Positions 23,108-29,881 of a stretch of DNA of 29,881 bases are shown in pieces. Made by a program: the position numbers and the translations under genes. The DNA comes from a virus (Duplodnaviria; Caudoviricetes). Each line of letters starts with the position of its first letter. The first letter of the stretch is position 1. Under the pieces are notes generated by a model. That model searched no databases and was not told the origin of the DNA. It saw only the letters and a program-made list of their open reading frames with translations. Location: positions 1 to 29,881 of IMG/VR virus record IMGVR_UViG_3300033076_000586; one strand, written 5' to 3'.

Positions 23108-24169
23108 ATGGCCGTTACTGCTTATGGCGTCAATGACGCCCTCGCGGTAAAGCTTTGGTCGAAGGAGCTTGCGGTCGAAGCGCTCAAGAAGACCTATTTC
23201 AAGGACTTCATCGGTTCTTCGCCTAGCTCCCTGATCCAGCTTAAGAGCGAGACTTCTAAAGGTCCTGGCGACAAGATCACTTTCGGCCTTCGCATGCAGG
23301 CTTCCGGCGACGGCATCATTGGCGATGGCGTTCTGGAAGGCAATGAAGAGTCGCTGACGACGTATTCGGACGCGGTCTACATCGACCAGCTTCGTCATGC
23401 GCACGTCACCGGCGGTCGCATTTCCGAGCAGCGCGTTCCTTTCGATCTCCGTCAGGAGTGCAAGGACAGCCTGTCGGATTGGTGGGCTAACCGTCTGGAC
23501 ACGGCCTTCGCCAACCAGCTTGCCGGCAACACCGGTCAGGCTGACACGCGCTATACGGGCAACCAGGCGACCGTGGCTCCTTCGTCCACGCGTCTCGTCT
23601 ATCCCTCGAGCGCTCGCGCTTCTGAAGCCACGATCAACAGCAGCGACACGTTTACGCTGTCGGTGATCGACAAGGCTGTCGAGGCGGCTCGTGTGGCGTC
23701 CCCGATGATCCGTCCGCTGAAGATCAACGGTCGCGATTATTATGTGGCGTTCCTGCACGACTATCAGGTCACCGATCTTCGTATCAATACGTCGACCGGC
23801 CAGTGGCTTGATATCCAAAAGTCGGCGATGACCGGCGGCCAGGTGTCGGACAACCCGATCCTGACTGGCGCTCTTGGCGAGTATAACGGCGTCCTGCTGT
23901 ATCGCTGGAACCGTATCCCGGTTGCCCCGTCTTCGGCGGCTGCCGGCGCTGGCAAGGTTCGCCGTGCGGTCCTTTGTGGCGCGCAGGCGGTCATGCTGGC
24001 TTTCGGTCAGGACAACAGCGAGTCCAAATTTACGTGGGTTGAAAAGCTCTTCGACTACGACAATCGTTTCGGCGTTGCTGCCGGCACGATCTTCGGCATG
24101 AAGAAGACGGTCTTCAATTCCGTGGATTTCGGCACGGTTGTCATGCCCACTTACGCCGACGCGCACTAA
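23108..24169 (+). CDS. major capsid protein (N4-gp56 family)
   Basis: VKLWS...GD.ITF.L...LEGNEE.L......IDQLRH...H.YQV.DLR...GA.A...AFG...DY.N..G; AAGGAG SD. Confidence 0.9.
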   Translation: MAVTAYGVNDALAVKLWSKELAVEALKKTYFKDFIGSSPSSLIQLKSETSKGPGDKITFGLRMQASGDGIIGDGVLEGNEESLTTYSDAVYIDQLRHAHVTGGRISEQRVPFDLRQECKDSLSDWWANRLDTAFANQLAGNTGQADTRYTGNQATVAPSSTRLVYPSSARASEATINSSDTFTLSVIDKAVEAARVASPMIRPLKINGRDYYVAFLHDYQVTDLRINTSTGQWLDIQKSAMTGGQVSDNPILTGALGEYNGVLLYRWNRIPVAPSSAAAGAGKVRRAVLCGAQAVMLAFGQDNSESKFTWVEKLFDYDNRFGVAAGTIFGMKKTVFNSVDFGTVVMPTYADAH

Positions 24170-24182
24170 GGAGGGCTGAACA

Positions 24183-24617
24183 ATGGCTACTGGAACTGCG
24201 GGTGGCGTTGGCCGTGACGTGATGATGCCTGTTAAGCAGGTCATCACGAAGACGATCAACTACAACGATACTGGCATCGCCTCTGGCGTTGTTATTGGCA
24301 CGCTTCCGATTGGGGCGGTGGTTCAGAACTGGCGTGTGACGGTGGAAACGCTGTTTAATGCTGGTTCGACCAACCCGATCACGATTGGCACGACGGCGAC
24401 GGGCGCTGAGGTTGCGGCTTCGGCCTCGATCACGTCCGGCACGGCTGGCGTCTACACTGGCTCCCCGGCTGCGGCTGGCGGCTGGGCGAAGACAACGGCG
24501 AACACCCCGATTTATACGGCTTACATTCAGACCGGCACCGCCGCGTCGACCGGTAAGGCGCATATCGTGGTTGAGTATGTGTCGCTCGTGTCCACCAACA
24601 CGGACGCTGCCACGTAA
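24183..24617 (+). CDS. capsid decoration/cement protein (probable)
   Basis: Follows MCP; IGTLP.GA.V....V.V...FN.G.....TIG...G.A.IVVEY pattern; strong SD. Confidence 0.7.
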   Translation: MATGTAGGVGRDVMMPVKQVITKTINYNDTGIASGVVIGTLPIGAVVQNWRVTVETLFNAGSTNPITIGTTATGAEVAASASITSGTAGVYTGSPAAAGGWAKTTANTPIYTAYIQTGTAASTGKAHIVVEYVSLVSTNTDAAT

Positions 24618-24624
24618 CATTGAT

Positions 24625-24650
24625 GGGCGGGTTTCGGCCCGCCCTTCTTC
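24625..24650 (+). terminator. stem-loop / weak terminator after the capsid genes
   Basis: GGGCGGGT-TTCG-GCCCGCCC followed by TTCTTC. Confidence 0.6.
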
Positions 24651-24669
24651 GTTCTAATTGGGGGCCGAA

Positions 24670-25173
24670 ATGGCATATACTGGCACTTTTGACGCGACGA
24701 AAGATCAGCTCGTCAGGGTCAATTCTTTTACGACCGGAGCCGTCACGACGGTTACGGATTCGACGGTTACTCTCACTCAGGCTTCTCATGCGGGCGGCGT
24801 CGTCGTCCTGGCTCGAGCGGCTGGCGTGACGGTTACTCTCCCGGCTGCGACTGGCACGGGCGACATCTACCGCATCATCATCGGCACGACGGCGACGAGC
24901 AACGCCAACATCGTCAAAGTGGCGAACGCCACTGACGTGATGAACGGCTCACTTGCTCTGCAGCAGGACACGGACTCGGCGGGAACGCTGAAGCTGTGGG
25001 CGGCTGCCGATAGCGATGACACGATGACGTTTGCTGGCGCCGCCACGACGGGCGGCACGGTTGGCGCGTTCATCCAGTGCGTCGATTACAAGGCTGGGTT
25101 CTGGTCCTGCCAGGCTTGGACGAAATCGAGCGGCGGCGCGGAAGCGACCCCGTTCTCGGCGACTGTTTCCTAA
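24670..25173 (+). CDS. virion structural protein
   Basis: T/A/G-rich; TVTLPAATGTG motif; ends ATPFSATVS. Confidence 0.7.
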   Translation: MAYTGTFDATKDQLVRVNSFTTGAVTTVTDSTVTLTQASHAGGVVVLARAAGVTVTLPAATGTGDIYRIIIGTTATSNANIVKVANATDVMNGSLALQQDTDSAGTLKLWAAADSDDTMTFAGAATTGGTVGAFIQCVDYKAGFWSCQAWTKSSGGAEATPFSATVS

Positions 25174-25415
25174 TGTCGCTACAAGCATGGTTTTGGCTTT
25201 CGAGCCATTACCCGCTTTTTGAAGAGCCCCCGGCGCCGGTTGCGGTCATTCCGCGGCCGGTTTCGCCTATCAAGTCCGGGAAGCTTTCAGATGCTGATGT
25301 CGCGGAAATAAAGCAATTGCGCGCACAAGGCGTTATTCTGCGCGAGATTGCTGAGCGGTTCGGGGTGTCGGTTCCGGCAATCCACCACGTCGTTAAAGGC
25401 AGGAAGCGGAAATGA
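25173..25415 (+). CDS. small HTH protein (resembles HNH C-terminal DNA-binding domain)
   Basis: KLSDADVAEIKQL...LREIAERFGVS..AIHHVVKG; TAATG coupling. Confidence 0.6.
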   Translation: MSLQAWFWLSSHYPLFEEPPAPVAVIPRPVSPIKSGKLSDADVAEIKQLRAQGVILREIAERFGVSVPAIHHVVKGRKRK

Positions 25416-26044
25416 CCACGCTGGCGACGATGAAAAGCCGGATTGCCGACGAGCTATCCCGCACGGATCTGACGAGCCAGATCGCCACGGCGATTGACAG
25501 CGCCATCGCCAAATACCAGAAGACGCGGTTTTATTTCAACGAAGCCGGCTTCACGACGCTTCAGTTCTCGACCGTGGCGAATCAAGAGACCTATACGACG
25601 GAGAACGCTCTCCTTCCGTATATCTACGACGTAGATGATCTCTTTGTTACGGTTGGAGTCAACAATTACCGGGTGAAGCGCATCGACCCGACCTTGTTTG
25701 TTATCAACAAGATGCCGTATTTCCTCGGCCAGCCTTATCAGTATATGTGGATCAATCAGACGTTCTATCTGTCGCCGATCCCGAACGACGTTTACACGAT
25801 GTCGATCCTTGGGCACTACAAGCTGGCTGCGCCGGCTGCTGACGATACAGCTGACAACCATTGGATGACAGACGCCGAAAGGCTTATTCGTTCATGCGCC
25901 AAGCGGATGCTGTATCAAGATATCTTGCTGGATTCGGATGGTATGGGTGCGAGCGCTCAGGCCGAGCAGGAGGCGCTGGATGATCTGAAGGCGACGTCAA
26001 ACCAGATGCAGAAGATTGGCTCAATCCAGCCGACGAAGTTCTGA
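25412..26044 (+). CDS. head-tail adaptor protein
   Basis: MTTL..MK..IADEL.R.DL...I..AI; G.P..Y.......LSP.P...Y; position after the capsid genes. Confidence 0.75.
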   Translation: MTTLATMKSRIADELSRTDLTSQIATAIDSAIAKYQKTRFYFNEAGFTTLQFSTVANQETYTTENALLPYIYDVDDLFVTVGVNNYRVKRIDPTLFVINKMPYFLGQPYQYMWINQTFYLSPIPNDVYTMSILGHYKLAAPAADDTADNHWMTDAERLIRSCAKRMLYQDILLDSDGMGASAQAEQEALDDLKATSNQMQKIGSIQPTKF

Positions 26045-26047
26045 TCC

Positions 26048-27508
26048 ATGACGACTATCCCCTTCGGCCAATACGCCCCTGATGTCGCGAGCATCGGCAC
26101 GTCTTTTACGAATTACGTAAAGAATGTCTATCCGCAGGTCGCTGACGGTTATGGCCCGATGCATGGGCCGGATGATTTTACGCTAGCGATGACCGGCACG
26201 CCACAGGGGCTTTATGGCGCCATCAATCTTGATGGATCTTCCGCGCTGTTCGCTGGTTCCGGGACGAAGCTTTACAAGCTGAACGGGGTGACCAACGCCT
26301 GGGAGGATGTCACTAGGGCGTCCGGCGGCGATTATTCTGTTGCTAGCACAGCCTTGTGGGATTTCTGCCAGTTCGGGAGTATTGTGATCGCGGTTGCTGA
26401 TGGCAACGCTCCGCAATCGTTCACGCTGGGCTCGAGCACCAAATTTGCGGCTTTGGGCGGCTCGCCTCCGCAAGCCAGGAGAGTGTCGAACGTCGGTGAT
26501 TTCGTCGTCTTATCTGGGCTGACAAGCAACCAGAATAGAATCCAATGGTCGGCCATTAATGACACGACTGGCTGGACGGCTGGGACGAATTTGTCGGATT
26601 ACCAGGACTTCCCTGATGGCGGCGCTGTCCAGGGTGTCGCTGGCGGTGAATTTGGCGTCGTCTTCCAGGAGCGAGCCATCCGCCGGATGATCTTCGTCGG
26701 TCCTCCGTCGATCTTCCAGTTCCAGCGTATTTCGTCTGATCGTGGCGCTCTGACCAGATACGCTTTCTGCCAAGCGGCGGGGAATATCTTTTTCCTCGCC
26801 AACGACGGATTTTACAAGATTGACCCCGGCGGCGGGATTACGGATATCGGCTCAAATCGCGTCAATCGCAAGATTATTGATGAGATTGATCCGACTGAGC
26901 AGCACCATGTTCAGGCTGTTTCCGATCCGTCTTCCCCTAGGGTTATGTGGTTCTATAGGTCTGTGGATAACGGCCAGCCCTATATGGATCGGGCGCTCAT
27001 TTATGATTGGTCTATTGATCGATGGTCATATGCAGAAATTGAAGCTTACGTGGTCTCTACCAGCCTCCCGATGTCCGCGACGCTTGAGGGCCTTGACGCT
27101 GCCGGGACAATGGAGACATTGCCGTTTTCGTTAGACAATTACACGAGCCAGCTAACCCGTGAGATTTCGCTTATTTGCTCTGACAAAACGACGTGCAAAC
27201 TGACAGGGGCTTATCTCGAAGCTGAGATTGATACGCCGGAGGGATCGATCGGCGACGGAATGCGGTCGTTTACCCGTTCGATCGCCCCGATCACAGATGC
27301 CGCGGGGGCTTATGTCTCGACGCTGAGCCGGTCGAGGCTGATCGACGCCAAGGTGCAAGGAACCGAAACGGCTATCGGGGTCCGCGGCTATGCAAGCCTG
27401 CGGACAAATACCCGGTTTGGCACGGTGCGGGTTCGCATACCGTCCGCCGAGACGTGGACGTTTGCGCGAGGGGTTGATGTGGTCACTCAGAAATCGAGCT
27501 TCCGCTAA
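26048..27508 (+). CDS. tail nozzle / DNA-stabilisation protein (beta-propeller-like)
   Basis: 486-aa beta-rich protein after the adaptor; RIQWS..ND...W; podovirus gene order. Confidence 0.75.
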   Translation: MTTIPFGQYAPDVASIGTSFTNYVKNVYPQVADGYGPMHGPDDFTLAMTGTPQGLYGAINLDGSSALFAGSGTKLYKLNGVTNAWEDVTRASGGDYSVASTALWDFCQFGSIVIAVADGNAPQSFTLGSSTKFAALGGSPPQARRVSNVGDFVVLSGLTSNQNRIQWSAINDTTGWTAGTNLSDYQDFPDGGAVQGVAGGEFGVVFQERAIRRMIFVGPPSIFQFQRISSDRGALTRYAFCQAAGNIFFLANDGFYKIDPGGGITDIGSNRVNRKIIDEIDPTEQHHVQAVSDPSSPRVMWFYRSVDNGQPYMDRALIYDWSIDRWSYAEIEAYVVSTSLPMSATLEGLDAAGTMETLPFSLDNYTSQLTREISLICSDKTTCKLTGAYLEAEIDTPEGSIGDGMRSFTRSIAPITDAAGAYVSTLSRSRLIDAKVQGTETAIGVRGYASLRTNTRFGTVRVRIPSAETWTFARGVDVVTQKSSFR

Positions 27509-27831
27509 TGACGGCTCCTTATCCGACTCTTCAGCTACCAACCTACGACGAGCAGTCCTGGACGCGGGCAACGACGGCAATTCGGTCTATAGCTGAAGGC
27601 AGGTCTTTAGCTGTTGGGACGGTTACGTTGACAGCCAATGCGGCGACGACGGTGGTGTCGTTTACGAATTGCTCCGTCAATAGCAAGATTTTCCTCTCTC
27701 CGACGACGGCGAATGCGGCTGGCGCGGTGGCGACGACGTATGTGTCGGCGGTTGGGAATGGGACGTTTACGCTAACGCACGCGAATAACGCTCAAACGGA
27801 TCGGACATTCGGCTTTGTTGCACTCGGATAA
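27508..27831 (+). CDS. small virion tail protein
   Basis: T/A-rich beta C-terminus; TAATG coupling. Confidence 0.65.
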   Translation: MTAPYPTLQLPTYDEQSWTRATTAIRSIAEGRSLAVGTVTLTANAATTVVSFTNCSVNSKIFLSPTTANAAGAVATTYVSAVGNGTFTLTHANNAQTDRTFGFVALG

Positions 27832-28258
27832 GCGGGTTTTCGAAAGCGGCGATTTCATCGTTCAGATGATCGCTGCCGAGCATGTCGAGGCTGCCTGGCC
27901 TCCGTGCCATGCGCTGATTGAGGCTTCCTGCCGGCGTGGCGGGGCTGAATTCACAGCTGGGCAGTTGCGGGATGATTGCAAGGCTGGAGTCCGGCAACTT
28001 TGGACGATCAGGCAGATCGGCAAGGGGATCGTTTGTGCGGCGGTAACGAGCGTGACCTATTTCGGCGGGCGAAAGACGGTTGTTTGGACGGCGCTTGGCG
28101 GGAAGAATTGGGACGCCTGGTCGCACTTTGAAGCTATCGTAGCGGACACGGCTAAGCACTATGGTTGCGATGCTATACGGGGTTACTGCCGGCGCGGCTG
28201 GAAACGGAAACTTAAATCATACCGAGAAATCGGCGTGATTATGGAGCGGGAGATTTAA
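27815..28258 (+). CDS. GNAT-fold-like virion assembly protein (start uncertain)
   Basis: AKHYGCDAIRGYCRRGW.R.L motif; precedes ejection-type genes as in T7-like gene orders. Confidence 0.6.
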   Translation: MLHSDKRVFESGDFIVQMIAAEHVEAAWPPCHALIEASCRRGGAEFTAGQLRDDCKAGVRQLWTIRQIGKGIVCAAVTSVTYFGGRKTVVWTALGGKNWDAWSHFEAIVADTAKHYGCDAIRGYCRRGWKRKLKSYREIGVIMEREI

Positions 28259-28259
28259 G

Positions 28260-29450
28260 ATGGCGGGCGGCGGCGGTCAGAGCCAAACCAGCAACTCGAT
28301 GCAGTTCGAGAATTCGACGACGGATAAGAATCCGTGGAAGCCGGCGCACCCGTATCTCGGCGAAGCGTTGCAGATGGCGCAGAAGGCGGCGTGGAATTCC
28401 GGCAGCATTCCTATGTCAGCTGGGCCGTCGAATTATCACGCTACTATTGGCGAAGAGATGATGCTGGATAATTCCCGGCACAATCAAATGGGTTTGATTG
28501 GTGATCAGGGGCTCGGCGGAATCAGCAGCTTTTTGTATAATGGCGGAATGTCCGCCCCGCAGACGCAGGCTCTTGCTAAGCTGAATACGGTAGAGAGTAA
28601 CCTTGATCCATATGCCTCTGGCGCTTTGACGAAAAGCAATCCGTATCTCGACGAAGTCCTGAAGAAGGCGATGGGCGACGCGGCGGCGGCCTCGAATGCT
28701 CAGTTCTCGGCGGCTGGTCGTTATGGTTCAGGGGCGCATTCAGGGGCTCTGGGCAAGGAGCTCGGCGGGATCGAATCGCAGGCTCGCCTGCAGGATTATT
28801 ATACGCAACAGCAGAACCAGCTTGCGGCCAACCAGGCGCTGGCCGGGATTGCTAACCAGCGGGCTGGGATTGGCCAGCAGGCGGTGAATAACTTCTATGG
28901 CGCGTCTGATGCGGCGAACAAGCTTTGGGCGACGAAGAATCTGCCGGCTCAGACTATGATGGATGTCGGTGACCGTCGCCAGATGAACCTCCAGCAGTAT
29001 TACGATCAGCTACGCGCTCAGCCTTGGGCGGATGCGGCGAACTATTCGAATATCGCTTCGCAGATTGGCGGCATGGGCGGCACGTCTCAGACGCAGGGTA
29101 TTTCGGTCGGACAGAATAAGACGACCAGCAGTGGCGGCGGTAGCGGGATCATCGGCTCAATTCTCGGTGGCGGCATGACTGGGTTGTCATTTCTCAAGAA
29201 CATGGGCGGTCTTGGCGGGCTTGGGGCGCTGTTTACCGGCTCTGATGTGCGGCTAAAGGAAGATATCAAATTAGTTGGCGAAACATTTGATGGGCAGCCT
29301 ATTTTCTCTTATAGATATAAGAGTGGCGGGCCGAAGGTCATGGGTTTAATGGCTCAAGAAGTTCTAAAACACAAGCCTGAGGCCGTCGCACGCGATCCTG
29401 AAAGCGGGATGCTTGGCGTGAATTACGATAAGGCGACCGAAGATGTTTGA
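28260..29450 (+). CDS. internal virion/ejection-type protein with C-terminal peptidase S74 chaperone domain
   Basis: G/Q/A/N-rich helical body (NPYL, GRYGSGAH); SDVRLKEDI...Y.Y....GLMAQEV....PEAV...V.Y. Confidence 0.75.
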   Translation: MAGGGGQSQTSNSMQFENSTTDKNPWKPAHPYLGEALQMAQKAAWNSGSIPMSAGPSNYHATIGEEMMLDNSRHNQMGLIGDQGLGGISSFLYNGGMSAPQTQALAKLNTVESNLDPYASGALTKSNPYLDEVLKKAMGDAAAASNAQFSAAGRYGSGAHSGALGKELGGIESQARLQDYYTQQQNQLAANQALAGIANQRAGIGQQAVNNFYGASDAANKLWATKNLPAQTMMDVGDRRQMNLQQYYDQLRAQPWADAANYSNIASQIGGMGGTSQTQGISVGQNKTTSSGGGSGIIGSILGGGMTGLSFLKNMGGLGGLGALFTGSDVRLKEDIKLVGETFDGQPIFSYRYKSGGPKVMGLMAQEVLKHKPEAVARDPESGMLGVNYDKATEDV

Positions 29451-29881
29451 TGTATATAAAGAATATCTCAGGTATGATCCGGAAAGCGGAAAGCTATTCT
29501 GGATCAAGCGCCCGTCGAATAGAGTCCGTGTAGGAGATGAGGCTGGCGTTGTTAATGCTTTTGGTCATGTCGCCATACAGGTAAGGCTTTATAAAACATA
29601 CGCGCATCGCGTCGCATGGGAGCTGTATTACGGTGATCCGCCACATGGCGAGATAGATCACATAAACGGCGATCCTTCTGATAACCGAATTCAAAATCTT
29701 CGGGTCGCCACGCGCAATCAACAGCTTTGGAACACGAAGGCTGGCAAACGTAATTCGTCTGGCGTTAAGGGTGTCGGATACGATCCTAAGCGGGGGTCTT
29801 GGCGCGCTTATATCAAGGCGCACGGCGTCCAGGCACAAGTGCGCGCAAAGACTTTCGAAGAGGCGGTTCTGTTGCGCCGTA
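29443..29881 (+). CDS. HNH homing endonuclease, partial (runs off window; not in ORF track)
   Basis: Hand translation MFDVYKEYLRYDPESGKLFW...AHRVAW...IDHINGDPSDNRIQNLR...NSSGVKGV. Confidence 0.85.
   Translation, partial: MFDVYKEYLRYDPESGKLFWIKRPSNRVRVGDEAGVVNAFGHVAIQVRLYKTYAHRVAWELYYGDPPHGEIDHINGDPSDNRIQNLRVATRNQQLWNTKAGKRNSSGVKGVGYDPKRGSWRAYIKAHGVQAQVRAKTFEEAVLLRR

Noticed and set aside
22895-24259. 454-aa minus-strand ORF and similar antisense ORFs over the portal, terL and nozzle genes
   Set aside because: These are shadow frames of GC-rich, codon-biased genes on the opposite strand.
29494-29838. 114-aa minus-strand ORF
   Set aside because: It is antisense to a clear HNH gene on the plus strand that the track missed because it lacks a stop in the window.
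1-29881. tRNA genes, integrase/att site and lysis cassette
   Set aside because: No cloverleaf with a T-loop consensus, recombinase motif or endolysin motif was recognised; integrase and lysis genes may lie outside the window.

Overview
This window is a contiguous piece of a temperate, podovirus-like phage or prophage. The host is most likely an alphaproteobacterium, inferred from a GcrA homolog and an RcGTA-like head spike base. Left of about 5.1 kb, a leftward early operon encodes small and secreted proteins, a YqaJ exonuclease, an ERF annealase, an SSB-like protein, an RHH protein and an HNH nuclease. A lambda-like cI/cro switch follows, then a rightward early operon (RusA, GcrA, HTH proteins, unknowns) with no recognisable replication gene. 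A ~465-nt densely base-paired non-coding region (8994-9460) lies within that operon. From about 11.1 kb the late operon encodes basic microproteins, TerS/TerL, a P22-like portal, a head spike/fibre module, scaffold, a ferritin/Dps-like protein, a glycosyltransferase, an N4-gp56-type major capsid protein, decoration proteins, adaptor, nozzle, and an ejection-type protein with an S74 chaperone. Several HNH homing endonucleases are interspersed. The most striking unexplained signals are non-coding: the large structured element at about 9 kb, tandem pseudoknot-like units before the scaffold and capsid genes, a duplicated 14-bp palindrome flanking the scaffold start, a hairpin chain at 5.9-6.2 kb, and candidate small or antisense RNAs. 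All calls come from reading motifs by eye; no database search or folding program was run.
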